Source of the DNA: Lepidodermella squamata
Lineage: Eukaryota; Animalia; Gastrotricha
Length of the DNA: 64,000 nt
NCBI GenBank assembly: GCA_047495785.1
Contig: JBLDXI010000030.1
Location: forward strand, 496,001 to 560,000
Reading direction: 5' to 3'
In this document: positions 29,316 to 41,751 of the stretch, one piece after another
How positions within the stretch are numbered: position 1 is the first letter of the stretch
Layout: each line of letters begins with the position of its first letter
Program-made: the position numbers and the translations under genes
Notes under the pieces: model-generated
Databases searched by the model: none
Told to the model about the DNA's origin: nothing
Seen by the model: the letters and a program-made list of their open reading frames with translations, nothing else

Positions 29316-31769
29316 ATGTTATTTCTATCAGGAAGTTTCATGATTGCGCTGATCGCTCTTAGCACTTCGAAAGCCTTCAAACAGCTGACTTTGGAAATTC
29401 TGTCAACCGCGCCTGAGTCGTCATTCCCTGGGATGGATTTTGTTTCCTGCCGGAAGGCTCAACAAATCGTGGTTGATAACGTCAATGCCCGAAGTGACAT
29501 CCTACCGAAATTTCGTATATCTCTCGACAACAAAGACGAGGCTAACTACGGCCACTTCATGGCTGTAAGAGTCTTCGATTTTATAAGAAAGCCTCGGCAA
29601 AATGGGACGCTACCTTCGCCAATCACAATGGGCGCTTTCAATTCAGCTGGTTGTAAGGCATTGGGCTCTTTCGCTCATTTTGAGAACATTGCCGCTATCG
29701 GAATTTCCTGCGGCCAACCGAGTTTGATCGACAAAAGGAACCTCTATCCAAACCTATATCGCATTAAGAGCCCTGGGGAGAACGCGTTGATAGCCCGGCT
29801 TCATTTCATGAAACAAATGGCGCCTCACTGGCGGAAATTGGGCGTGGTTTATCAGAGGACGGCTTTGAATTACGGAGTTAACGAGCTGGCAACGGCTTTC
29901 TTCAATCTGGCTGCTAAAGCTGGGTATGAAATTGTCGCCTTTGAATCAAGCCCTGATTTCAATGACGAGCTAATGGATAGCTTCAAACGGGCTGATATAC
30001 GGATTTTTACGTTCGAGGCAGGGGATTATATTTCTATACTGAATTTTCTATGCCAGACTTACAAAAACGGAATTACGGGACCGAGGTATATGTTCATAAT
30101 AGCTAGTCTGTCTTTTTCATTCCCCGAGACTATGCCACCTGGTATGACGTGGCCGTTATGCAACCGGTCTAATGTTGTCGAACAACTGAAAATGGCTCTG
30201 TTAGTCGGGACACCTTTCGACATCATCCGACCGAATTTTGAGCGGCGAGATTCGCTTGGGTTGACCCTTCAAGATTTCGAGCGAGAATTCGACCGTTTAA
30301 CGAATGCAGCGAGAAAACCTGATTACTTATACAGACATGTTTGCTATGATGTTGCCCTACATACCGTACTACGCCTCCATCAAACTGAGACAATCCTCGC
30401 AATGGAAAACAAATCGATGGCCGATTACGACCTATATCCTCACGATATAGCAATAGCTGCGAATAAATCTCTTGCCGAGGGAGATGATATTTTCGATTTG
30501 AGATTCGGCCGATTCAAATTTTCGAAAAGGCTGGAATACGACTATGAGCCTCAATTCATGTCCACATGGTCTGCAGCAACTGGCAACTTTGAGTTGCGGT
30601 ATTCTGTTACATGCAATTTGAACAACGACTGTTCGAATTACAGATCGTACAACATCGAAACAATCAACCCGTTGTTAATCAAATTCCCGAAAGACTCAGC
30701 TGGGCACGTATTCAAATCTTGGTCAATAGGAATTGAGGTTCCTGTAACATTCGGTGTCATTGCGGGAATTTTCAGCTTAATTGAAGTCGGATTCATGTTT
30801 ATGAAAGATGTCGATTTGGTAACCGAGACGCGGCTTACAATGTTAGGAATTCTTGTTTTGAATACAACCCCTACTTTATTCATGGCAACCCGGGATATGA
30901 CGACTACTGGTCTCTGCATGGCTAGGATTGTTTTATGCTATGTCGGCGTAACTTTAGTTCATTCGTTCCTGTGCATGGCGATATTGAACGGGCTGCGAGT
31001 TTTACGGTCTCAAAGACACAGCTGGAAAGCGAATGTCTGCCGCGCACTTGCTACTGCGAACCCTAGGAATCCTGATGCGCGGCGTAGGTCGAGCGTGGAC
31101 GCCGACATCCGCCAAGCCATGGGACCTGAATTATTCGCTAGCAACTCGATATCCTTCAAACCCCACGCTCGAACTCACACTTTAGACGCCGACTTCAAAA
31201 CCAACCTAATTGCTCGCAAGAAGAATCTCCGTAGGAACATTATTTCGTGCTTTGTATTCCTCACGACAAACCTAGGCATTTTAATTGGATGGATGTCGGG
31301 TGAAAGTCACAGAGCTGATCGCCTTTTGTACTCGAGTGTTTATGACGAATTCTCAGACGCTCGCGTGGTAACTTTGGGTCGAACGTGCCGCCACAGCAAT
31401 TTTGTAAATTGGTTCATCACCGCCGCTGTTTTGAACCTCTTACCTCTTATAATCGGCAATTTATCTGCTATTCGTTCGTGGAACCTTCTAACTCGAGATA
31501 CTCCCATGGCGAGATCTACAAAACAATTTGTTTGGGCCAATGTTTTGGCTTCAACCTTGTTCGTAGCAATTATAGCCATTTCTTTCATGGCAAACTCTGA
31601 TTTGATGCTGAGCATTGTGTTATGTTCCGGTACAGCAATTTACGCTACTAGCATTGTCTGTGCAATTCAATCTGGTAAAATCAGTAGTAGCTACCAGGCG
31701 CTTGTAACATGGTCGCATAGGAATAGCCATCGTTTGTCAGCGAACAACCTGCAAATAACTGTGAAATAA
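29316..31769 (+). CDS. Class C GPCR-like (GABA-B-type Venus flytrap + 7TM), intronless
   Basis: Signal peptide from ATG 29316; VNARSDILP, YPNLYR, W.KLGVVYQ, GITGPRY motifs; multiple C-terminal TM helices. Confidence 0.8.
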   Translation: MLFLSGSFMIALIALSTSKAFKQLTLEILSTAPESSFPGMDFVSCRKAQQIVVDNVNARSDILPKFRISLDNKDEANYGHFMAVRVFDFIRKPRQNGTLPSPITMGAFNSAGCKALGSFAHFENIAAIGISCGQPSLIDKRNLYPNLYRIKSPGENALIARLHFMKQMAPHWRKLGVVYQRTALNYGVNELATAFFNLAAKAGYEIVAFESSPDFNDELMDSFKRADIRIFTFEAGDYISILNFLCQTYKNGITGPRYMFIIASLSFSFPETMPPGMTWPLCNRSNVVEQLKMALLVGTPFDIIRPNFERRDSLGLTLQDFEREFDRLTNAARKPDYLYRHVCYDVALHTVLRLHQTETILAMENKSMADYDLYPHDIAIAANKSLAEGDDIFDLRFGRFKFSKRLEYDYEPQFMSTWSAATGNFELRYSVTCNLNNDCSNYRSYNIETINPLLIKFPKDSAGHVFKSWSIGIEVPVTFGVIAGIFSLIEVGFMFMKDVDLVTETRLTMLGILVLNTTPTLFMATRDMTTTGLCMARIVLCYVGVTLVHSFLCMAILNGLRVLRSQRHSWKANVCRALATANPRNPDARRRSSVDADIRQAMGPELFASNSISFKPHARTHTLDADFKTNLIARKKNLRRNIISCFVFLTTNLGILIGWMSGESHRADRLLYSSVYDEFSDARVVTLGRTCRHSNFVNWFITAAVLNLLPLIIGNLSAIRSWNLLTRDTPMARSTKQFVWANVLASTLFVAIIAISFMANSDLMLSIVLCSGTAIYATSIVCAIQSGKISSSYQALVTWSHRNSHRLSANNLQITVK

Positions 31770-31938
31770 TATTATTGTCGAAAAATAAACTACTATTATA
31801 GCGTCCGAGGATAGATAAGCCTTATCTGTGTACTCATTCCGGTGATAAGAACACGTGTCCGAGGTCACCGACCCAGAACAAGGGCAATTACAAATGATCT
31901 GGACAGAAACAGTTGTCAAAATTAGGCCAAAAAGCAAC

Positions 31939-33227
31939 ATGAATTCAGCTTTCATCCTACTCGCTTCACTCATCGGGCTGATTTCAGCTTACAGCCCGCG
32001 GCCGCAGCATTTTCGAAGGCAGTATGAAGCAGAATTCGCGAGACGACAGGCCGGCGTTAGCCAATTCCAAGACAAGCCTGAGCCGTATTTGAAAAATATT
32101 CGCGCTATAACGACCACCGGCGTCAATGCGGAAGCTTACTACTCTTTCGACGGGTATTGATTGTCCATAGCTCGAAATTTGTTTGAGTTTTCGTCACATT
32201 AGGCAGAGTCTATCTTTCCAAGCTATTCGGGATGAATGGGCTCAAAGTCACCCCTGTGACCAAATTTACACAATGAGCATAAATGGTTCAAATGTAAGCT
32301 CAATTTTTTCCCTATTTTCGTATAGACTAAGGATATTTCTAGATCAAACCCATTTCTAATGGCGAAGGCCGCGATACTTGCAGCTATTTTACCCCTGATG
32401 GCCAATATGTGCTGTACTCATCGACTCGATCTGTCGATGGTTTCAACTGCGCGCCGACTCCGGATATGAACTACGGCTACGTCTGGCCAATCTACAACGG
32501 CATGGAGATCTATCGTTACAGAATTTCGGACGGAAATCTCGAGCAAGTCACATCGAACAATGTTTACGATGCTGAGTTGACGATCAGTGCCGATGGCAGA
32601 CGAGCAGTTTTCACTAGCACTAGAGATGGAGATTTGGAGCTTTATACTATGAATTTGGACGGAACTGGGGTGAGAAGGATGACCTACACCCCGGGTTACG
32701 ATGGGGGTGCTTGGTTCAGCCATGATAACACGAAACTAGTTTGGAGGTGAGTTTTCAAGGATATTGACATTTCATTTCATGTTTCGAAAACTTGTAGAGC
32801 GAGCCGACCGCAGGGTGATAACTTGACCGATTACCTCAATTTGTTGAAGACTGGCCTCGTCAGACCGAGCGATATGCAAATCTACATCATGGACGTGTCC
32901 GACACTGAGACCCAGCAAAAGCTGACGAATATCCCGGGTGCGGCTAATTTCGCTCCAGTTTTCTCGCCTGACGACAAATGGATCATTTTCTCGTCCAATA
33001 TGATCGACCCAACTGGCGGCACGTTCCAGTTGTACATGATCGACACTCAGGGCAATCATTTACAGCAGATCACTTACAACGGGATGTTCAATTCTTTCCC
33101 GATGTTTTCTCCCGATGGTAAATACATGGTTTGGGAGTCGAGTCGAAATGCAGTGAACCCCACGGATATCAACGTCCATATCGCTGAGTGGAATCCTCCG
33201 ACCTTGGTTAATAACGTTAAAAATTAG
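31939..33227 (+). CDS. Secreted TolB-like/PD40-repeat beta-propeller protein, 4 exons
   Basis: Exons 31939-32153, 32203-32293, 32343-32746, 32798-33227; NAEAY.S.DG, CDQI, FTSTRDGDLELY, PGYDGGA.FS, ANFAP.FSPD, FPMFSPDG. Confidence 0.85.
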
Positions 33228-33623
33228 GACTAATAGTATGTTGCTATAACTTCGAAGAAATTGCTTGCTTGTTGATCGATGATTACGGAAGTAAAGTTAG
33301 TCACGAGAATTCTGAAGAATTTCTTTGAATTAAAATAAGTAAAAAACTGAAATATTGGAAACAGAAAAGCCTATAAGTCGGTGAAGCAGGAAGCAGGAAT
33401 GATCCCTGATCCCTGGTATTCTCCAGCTTCTTCGATGACAATGATGGGGAACAATGAACTGATTGGTTTTCTTCCCACCACCTCGAAAACGATTTATTCG
33501 AAATACACGCATTAATGCTTCATAATATTAAAATAATTAAGATAAAATGATGAATAGGTACTTAACACCCGGTAAAATAAATGTATATAGTCGAATATTG
33601 GAATTCCTAAATTTGACACGGCA

Positions 33624-34774
33624 CTATAGGTACGGTAGCTGGTAGCAACGTGCAGCTAAATGTAAGCCCTTAACATTTAGATGAAGTCTTCCAGAATAGA
33701 AGAAAGAGTCTGGTACACATTTCTAATATTGAAAAGGTAAATTCAGGTTGATTTCTTGTCAATGATAAATCACTTACTCTGCGTGGTAGTGATATCCCCA
33801 GCAGCTAAGATGGTATGATTCAATAAAGTTACAGGCATGTTAAGAAATATTGGTAAGACTTACAACCTGGCTTCGTCGTAGATGAAACTGGCTGAATCTT
33901 GATATAAACCAGGCTTCCAGATGATGGCTTGGTGTTAGTAACGTTGCAGCTATTGTAAAGTGAGCACTTGTGATTCAAGTAGCTGAAGGCTTTACAGGGT
34001 TTATTTTTGAAACATCCGATCTGGCAGTCTTTCTCGTCTAGTTGAAGGGACCCAGTGACATTGAACGGCTCTTCCATGCACATGTAATCAACCTTCTGAT
34101 AGCGTTTTTTATCCACGCTAACTGATTTGAGAAATACAAGAGTTCTAGCCGGCGGCTTGGTGGCTGTAGCGGTGCAGGTATTGTAAATCGAGCAATGATG
34201 ATTGAAGTATGCGACGGCTTTACACGGTTTCGTGCTCAAACAAAGATGAGTGCATTCGCTCTCGTCCAATTTAGTGATATTTGCCGGCTCTTCCTTGCAC
34301 ATGTAATTGACCTGGCGGATATCGGTAAAAGCTTCGACGGCATAATTTAGATTAAGAATGGTAATTAGGTTTGATGGCAAACTTTTTGGCATTGATGGGT
34401 TGATAGTAGCTAAAATTTCAGATATAAAACCGGTAAGTGGGCCTTAAAATGTGGATGAAACTTACTAGTTGTCGGCATAGGATGTCTGGTGAATCGATTG
34501 AGTCGACTGAAGATAGGCTTGATGGCTGCAGGAGATATAACGCACAATAGGACGGTTTAGAATGATTCATTCAGTTAGTAGATACGACACTAGCTACTAA
34601 CTTGACTTCGATGGCTTCACGGCTATGATAGTACAATCGGAGAAAAAACTAATCAGGATTCAGTGAATTCAGTTAACACTTACTTGGCAGCAACTTAGGG
34701 GTCGATGATTCGACACAGTACACAACAGCAAGGCTAGAGAGCACTGCTATCAATCTAATCGCTTTAAATTGCAT
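33624..34774 (-). CDS. Secreted protein with two PAN/apple-like Cys repeats and phase-1 micro-exons
   Basis: Signal exon from ATG 34774, short Pro/Thr/Ser exons, large exon with 2x (C...EC...C...CKA..Y..H.C..YN.C); 3' end uncertain. Confidence 0.6.
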
Positions 34775-35557
34775 TTTGCGTGAAATATTCGAGGAGATTA
34801 CTAAAATGAATAGCAATTAAATGAGCTAGTGGCGCTACGAACATCGAAAATGGATGCGCGAATGATATCAGCTGTCGCGATTCCAGGTGGTGTTTTTGAT
34901 CGCGGGAGCATCGCCATGTCCAACCACGTGATTAAGGAATAATCCACCTCGATAGGGCGGCAGCACAACAAACGGCGAAGACAATTTCGACAATTAGGCT
35001 GAAAGGATGGAAGATGATTCAACACTCCAAAACATTGGCTCGAACTTACAAAACCAGTAGTATTCCATATTCAATGGTTCGGGATTTTCCAGCCATCGAA
35101 AATCATGACAGCTACCAAGTTAGATATCTGTTGAAGCTTGAAGCTTTGTAGTAGCTCAATCGATAAAACGGGCCAAGGGATGTTACCATTTTAATACAAG
35201 AAGCAAGTTTCAGCAGAAATTTTCTAGAAATCACTTCGAAAATAAATTAAAAAAGGTCAAATAAGAGTCATGCGTCCGGTTATTCTTTCCCTGCTCTGAC
35301 GCATCGAGGGACAGCTATTTGCAGACTCCCACTCTAAATCGTCAAAATAAGAGCTATGTAGGTCAGGTTCCAGTTATATAAACCACGTCTAGAGTCTGTG
35401 GTGGTCTTGGGTCTGTCTGGTACAGATAAAGTGCTGTAAGAATTACTGGCTGAATATCAAACGCTGATAAGGAATTGCGTATATAAGGCCTCACAAATTC
35501 AACAGAATCAAGTAATCCATTTAAGCCGAAACAATCCGAGAAAACATCATCGCAATA

Positions 35558-35984
35558 ATGCACTCAGCCGCCTTCATCGTTCTGCTTGTTGTTGCCGTAG
35601 CCGCCAATGGTAGTCCAGTCAAGCCCAGCGAGCCAAAGCCACATGAATCGAAAAGCTGCTCGACAGACACTTGCCTCTACGGAAAGCCATGCTGCGAGGG
35701 ATAGTGAGTTGACAAGCTAGCTATTCATGTCAACATTATATTTTTCTCTCTATCCAGCTATTGCAGCACTTGGGAATACACAACCGGCCTTTGCTTTCAA
35801 AAGCCCAAGCGAAACAACACGGTTTATGCCAAGGATGACACCTGCTCCACCGAGGACTGCGTCCATGGGAAACCCTGCTGTGAACCACTGTAAGTTGAAT
35901 TTCTGAAATTCTGGTCGACTTAATCTTTTCCTATTTGACAGACATTGTCAGCAAGGTGGCTTTGCGGCTGGATTATGCTTCTAA
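35558..35984 (+). CDS. Secreted double-knottin peptide gene D
   Basis: Exons 35558-35703, 35758-35889, 35942-35984: CSTDTCLYGKPCCEGYYCSTWEYTTGLC...CSTEDCVHGKPCCEPLHCQQGGFAAGLCF*. Confidence 0.88.
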
Positions 35985-37263
35985 CGAACCAGTGTCGCCA
36001 GATCTGATGAAAAGCAACAACTTTCACATATCAACCTTTAATATTTACCAATAACTTCTATGGATTTCTAAAGAAAGAAAGTTTTAAGGTTTTGAAGATG
36101 GAAAGTAAGAATAAACATTAAAACATCCTGAATGGCTTATTTCATTCCTTGCTTTCTTCCTTGAACAATTTGTTAACTCCAGTAACCACTATAATTAGAG
36201 CGATTTAAAAAACTGCAAGGCACTGCAAACATTGTTTTTTCAAGCTTGTTAACCTGTAACCTATCGTACTGAGTGTAAAAACCAAGATCCTAGTAACGTC
36301 CGGGAAAGCCCGTTATATCGTCATTTTTAGGAGGCTCACAGTGTTACAATTCTTTGTTTAGTAGCATTCCAGCCCCAAAACTATCAGAATTCGTGCGAGG
36401 GAAAAGTCTTAATTAAAATGAAACAAATTAGGAGCGAATCGTTGAAAAAAGCATTACCAGAAAGGAGTAACAAATTTGGATGGGAGCGAACATTTTTGGA
36501 GGATATCCCCCTTTCGGCGAAAAGCCTACTTCCTTCACTGAATTACCACTGTCGGCCTGCGGCCTTTGACATTTGACGGGGAACTCCGTGACTTTGTCAA
36601 GCCCGTGGGCACGTGTGACCTAGAACATGCATAACCTAAGACCTACGTATAACGGTTTCGTGCACATCCTTGACTTGCTGCCCAGGTTTGCGCATGACCA
36701 TGTAGCGTGTCACCCATGTCTGACGACGGCGTAATTCCCGGATGGAATTGATCCTTAATTTGAGAGTCATACGCTAACCGCCACCTACACCACTTGGCAT
36801 TAGGGTCCACATCACGCAGCTTATCAATGCACATAGTAGCCCGGGCTGTTATTCGAGATGGGCTAGCAAGTCAATGTATTGTTGCTCTATGGTTGCTCTG
36901 GTGGGTTTCCATTCAAGCGACAAATCACGAATATGCTGGTATTTGAACATTCAGGTGTTAGCCATATTTGCTTTATTATTTGGTAAAAACAGTGCGCATG
37001 CGTAGCGTAATGGTACGAAAACGTAAATATACGAATTCCTCCCGCAGTCATCCCGCACATCCCGCAGTTCATCATGTGGATGTCCACGTGTATTGCAGCG
37101 TGATAAAAATTTCTCTGCATTCTCCCATACAAAAAACAGTGTGCATATGTTAATGATTTTGCGAGAAGATGAATGCTTACTCATTGATACTGGCAAAAAA
37201 TCATGTTTATAGGGTGGGGCGGGTGGGATATAGCTTATCCCGCACCCTTATCCCGCAGTCCAG

Positions 37264-37411
37264 GAGGGTGCGAAGCCAGCTCCGGGACCCTAGACAGAAA
37301 GAGGCTGAAAAAACCACAGGAAAAACCCTGAAAAAACCCTTTGGTTCCTTTTGGTTACTTTGGTTGGGTGCTAGAAAAAACCTCAGCTCCAGGATTCTAC
37401 TTCGCACACTG
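37264..37411. mobile_element. Degenerate hAT-type MITE (family 1)
   Basis: (G)AGGGTGCGAAG ... CTACTTCGCACACTG ends; no clear TSD. Confidence 0.6.
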
Positions 37412-38042
37412 GAATGTGCTATTACCGTTATTCGAGCTTTTTCGTAGTGGGACTGAAAACAGGGGAAAGACGACTAATGACGCCATTTCACGAGAGTCAG
37501 CATATCATCCGATGTCGTGCGCACAACTGCACGCGGCATCGACTGGCGACACGGCACAGAGAGCATTTTTTACCGGCACACCCTAAATGGGATTCATTTT
37601 CAACACCCCCACTGATGCTTTTTGCCGACGGACCGACATAACTGTACTCTCTTTTGACTTTTTTACGCGCACACTTAACGAAGACGACCCACGACAACGG
37701 GGAGTTCCCCGTCACAGCGACCAGAGTTCCGAAAATGATAACAGTTCGTCACTATATCTGTTGAATATGGAAGGAAGCTAGGTAAAAGATAAGGATAAGA
37801 GACAATTTTATTTGTCTTTCTGATATTTACAGCACATCAATGAACATTCATATTTCATGTGACTCATATTCAAGCTACGTGCTTTTGGTTCAAGTCGCGT
37901 TTGAACTCGCATTCGTGCATCTTTTGTCTACAGAACGCCAGAACCAACTGTATTCTTCCGATCAGCAAGCCTTAGCAATATCTCTGTACTGTAGTCGGTA
38001 GTCCTGCTGTAGCTTGTACACGGTAACTTCCAGTCGTGTTAA

Positions 38043-38320
38043 CATTATGTGACCACTTTTTAGGCGGGAAACAACGCCGTCTCCTATTGGTTCTTCCAAA
38101 TACTACGCGAGCGATTCAAATAGTTGTTTTTTTGTGGAAAATGATCGTTTTTACAACAATTGGCACGCGTTTTCGATAAATTAGCTATATAGCGCTAAAT
38201 GGTTGCCAAGCCTATTTTTTAATGAAAACATTATCATTTGAATCGCCCGCGTAGTGACCCGCTAACCAATAACCAATTGGAGTAGGCGCTGTTACCCGCC
38301 TAGAAAGTGGTCACATAATG
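38043..38320. mobile_element. Foldback/MITE-like palindromic element
   Basis: CATTATGTGACCACTTTTTAGGCGGG ... CCCGCCTAGAAAGTGGTCACATAATG with internal symmetry. Confidence 0.7.
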
Positions 38321-38760
38321 AAATTATATGCGGCTGACCCGCTGTTTAAGGCGTAAACCGTATGGGTCATGTAACCAAAATGTATGGCTATGTAACTAAA
38401 AATTCGTTCAATTGATCACGGACGTGGTCATGTCAAATCAACACCGTTTACATGTAGGATTTTCAAGTAGTTTCAACTGAATTTCACTCAGATATCATTT
38501 GAACTTGCCAGCGCCTTTCATTCGATATGTTGACAACACGGTATTCTTGGCCTCCACCCTTTACACGGCACGCGTGCAGCACGTGCAGTGACGCTTTCAG
38601 ACCGTACGAAAAAGGGTCGAACAAAGTGAACATCTTTCAGGCCGGACTAAAAACTCACCCCTGGAATTGATCTAAAATCTAAAATAGGTCGTTTTGTTAG
38701 TGTACATGATGTATTCGTGAATCAGCATGCTTGTTTGTCAGAGCGAGGGTCCTAGTTTTA

Positions 38761-38845
38761 CAGGGTGCGAAGTACCAGGGTCCGGGTAAGGCTGAAAAAC
38801 CCACACCCTTTTGCCTTGAAAGCACCTCAGTTCCCGGGTCCTACA
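38761..38845. mobile_element. Truncated hAT-type MITE (family 1)
   Basis: Starts CAGGGTGCGAAGTAC; right TIR missing. Confidence 0.55.
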
Positions 38846-38980
38846 TATGTAGTGTAGCACGCTGTAGTTTTTTCGTTTCATCACACACCAACACGATCGT
38901 TGTTACCCATTATTACCCATTAGGTTGACAAACAATGCCGCAACTTCGTTCAAGACTTCTAGTAGGCAACTTCATTGTTG

Positions 38981-39307
38981 AACCACTTAAAAGTCCAATC
39001 CTAACGCGCACGCCTATTGGTCAATCGATCGTTGCTATGACTCCCGGATGAAACGTTCAGTCGAGCGATCCATAAAAGTTTTTGCGACAAGTGTTTTTGC
39101 CGCAGTAATTGGCCACGATTAATATGAAGTTTACGCTCGGGGTCAATGGAAACCGTGCAGAGGGTGTGGCAAGGTCATTTCTTTCACAAATAAAAAATAA
39201 TTTATTAGTGGATCGCACGACGAAAATGTTTCATCACGGAGTCATAGCAACGATCAACTGACCACTGACCATCAGCGTGCGCGCGAAAGTTCAACTTTTA
39301 AGTGGTT
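38981..39307. mobile_element. Foldback/MITE-like palindromic element
   Basis: AACCACTTAAAAGT...GATCGTTGCTATGACTCC / GGAGTCATAGCAACGATC...ACTTTTAAGTGGTT. Confidence 0.7.
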
Positions 39308-39365
39308 TTCAGCTTTTTCCATAGGCTCTCACAGCCAAGTTCTTTGAAATTTGCAATCTAGCATG

Positions 39366-39534
39366 TCGTTAGCGACGCGCCAAAACAACCACTTGATTAT
39401 TTATAGATTTTATGAGGAAAGTACCTTCGATAGATGAAAAAATTGGTGCTCAAAAGGCCTAACGTACTTCATCAGCGAATAAAAGTACGATCGAATTATT
39501 CATTCAAGTGGTTGTTTTGCCGCGTCGTTAACGA
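39366..39534. mobile_element. Small foldback/MITE-like element
   Basis: TCGTTAGCGACGCGCCAAAACAACCACTTGA ... TCAAGTGGTTGTTTTGCCGCGTCGTTAACGA. Confidence 0.65.
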
Positions 39535-39712
39535 TGTCCAGTTTTTCCTTCAAACGGGCATTCAACTTTTCCGATTCGAGACCATGAAGATCACGAATCA
39601 CGCAGACGCTAGTGCAACCTTTGGCTTCGCATTTATCGCGAATAACCATACCGTAGTGATTCCTGAGACCAACGACACTCCCAATTTCCGCCTTTTCGGT
39701 ATCCGGTATGTT

Positions 39713-39873
39713 CAGGGCTCGAAGTACGGGGGGAATGGAGGGTATCGTACCCCCCCCCCTCTGTTCGCAAGGCTAAGGTGAAAAATTCCGGAAAAAACCA
39801 CAGGGGGGCCCCATGGTAATGAAATTTGGTCTCGAGAATACCCCCTAGTTCGAGGATCCTACTTCACACACTG
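39713..39873. mobile_element. hAT-type MITE (family 1), 161 bp
   Basis: CAG-initiated TIRs and 8-bp TSD GGTATGTT. Confidence 0.9.
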
Positions 39874-40102
39874 GGTATGTTAGACCAGAAGTTATCTAAG
39901 CAGGTCGAGTAACGATGTAGTGGGCTTCGTCATATTTCGTCGACGGAAACTCTCGGTGTTGTTAAATACTAGCTGTTTACGAACTACTAGAAAATTTTAT
40001 TTATTAACTTATTAAGGTAAATGTCACGTTGACATAATATATTTACCCATTTTTTTAACCAGGGTTTTGCTTAACGTTTGTTTAGAAATAGTATTCATTT
40101 AA

Positions 40103-40750
40103 ATGAGTGATCCTGAATGGAGTTTTGGAATGGACATGGGTTTTAACTCTGTCAAATTGCTTTCGCAACGGCTTGATACCCTCAGCGCGACACGGGTCAG
40201 GGAATTCAACAACACGGTGATGAATGCGGTTAATATTCTCTCCAATGCAACTCAAGCGTTGACTGCAGATTTCGACAACGCCACAAATAAGAGGCTGGAA
40301 GACTTTAATACCCTCAGCGCGGCGCGGGTCAGGGAAATCAGCAGCACGTTGATGATAGCCACTAATATTCTCGACAATGCAACTCAAGCGCTGACGATTG
40401 AATTCGACAACACCACTAATAGAAGGATGGAAGAGTTTGATACCCTCAGCGCGGCACGGGTCAGGGAAATCAGTAGCAAGTTGATGGATGCAGCTAGTAT
40501 TCTCGACGATGCAACCAAAGCAATGTCGAGAGAGTTTGACAACACCACCAACGAGAGGGTGAAAGATTTGGGCGACATCTTAAAAGAGAGAATGAAAGAG
40601 TTCGACAACATCACCAAACAGAGGGTGGAAGAGTGTTCCGAAGCGCTGTTGAAAACTGCTGGTTTCGTCGTTGCTATGATAATTTCGGCTTGGTTTGGGT
40701 TTGGATATTTTGCGATTACAATGATTCTTTATTATTTGTGCCCGCTTTAA
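40103..40750 (+). CDS. Amphipathic 44-aa repeat protein with C-terminal TM anchor
   Basis: 132-bp repeats at 40176, 40308 and 40440; hydrophobic C-terminus. Confidence 0.75.
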   Translation: MSDPEWSFGMDMGFNSVKLLSQRLDTLSATRVREFNNTVMNAVNILSNATQALTADFDNATNKRLEDFNTLSAARVREISSTLMIATNILDNATQALTIEFDNTTNRRMEEFDTLSAARVREISSKLMDAASILDDATKAMSREFDNTTNERVKDLGDILKERMKEFDNITKQRVEECSEALLKTAGFVVAMIISAWFGFGYFAITMILYYLCPL

Positions 40751-40919
40751 GCGCATTCGACTGTTTATCCAAGGATAAATGCTTCCATGAATTACAGGGA
40801 TGTATAACATACCGTAAATTTCGAAAAATGAGGAAGAGCGAGGTTTATCAACGTAAACATTCTTATTTATTACGACTGCTTGTGATAATTATTTGAAAAG
40901 TAAATGAAAAGTGCTGCCC

Positions 40920-41330
40920 TCAATTGCCGATACTCGGATTGGGGATGCAGGCAAATTCGTAGTTGCAGTAACTGTAATAAAAAAGCAATTTTGTAAATGC
41001 CAAATTTCGCAATTCCTTCGACTTACTAGTTATCGCAACAGTATTCAAACAGGCAGTTTGTAGTTGTGCACGCATTCTCCGTGCTTGGATTTGCCACACA
41101 AGCGTAACTCCAAGCGCAGTAGCTAAAATCGACGAAATTTCGCAAAACTATGAATATGCCACAAGCTTTGTATAGCAAACAGCTTACTATCCATCGCAGC
41201 AATCCGATGACATGCAGTTCCAAGTTGAGCACGTGTTAGGCGGCTGCTTCACGTCCACGTCGGTCTTGTGAGGTGCTGCGCTGACAAGAGCAACAGCGAG
41301 CAGAGTTTCGAAAAGAATCGCAGTTTTCAT
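40920..41330 (-). CDS. Secreted double-knottin peptide gene E
   Basis: 3 exons: MKTAILF...CSTWNCMSSDCCDGYYCAWSYAC...CTTTNCLFEYCCDNYYCNYEFACIPNPSIGN*. Confidence 0.85.
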
Positions 41331-41751
41331 GTTTTAGCTGTATTGGCTATTTTCGCAAATATATACCCTGCTTGTGGTTCTTATCTCTGGATTAAGTACA
41401 TTACCCACTTTTTATTATAGTCCGCGGAGTCCGGAGTCGTGCTTGAAGCCAAGGGAAGAAAAAAGATTGTAAACTGCAGATAAAAATTGGGTTCAAAACA
41501 AAAAGCATCAAGGTCTTTAAGGTCCTGAGATATTCACTCATTTTAAAAAATTTCAATAATTTTAATTCAATTTCAAGAGCGGTGTATCAAGATTTGTGTA
41601 CATTTAATCAATACGAATTTTCGATAACATCTACGAGCAAACTTTGTTCAGGAAATTACGCCCCACTTGATCGATGCGCAGTACGTAACTTCATTCCACA
41701 ACTAGTCGGGGATTTTGAAGATATACATGCCAAACATAATATTAAAGCTTC

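Noticed and set aside
36640-37780. Cys-containing minus-strand fragments suggestive of a decayed lectin/PAN gene or transposase tail
   Set aside because: No consistent frame or diagnostic motif, and interrupted by a MITE
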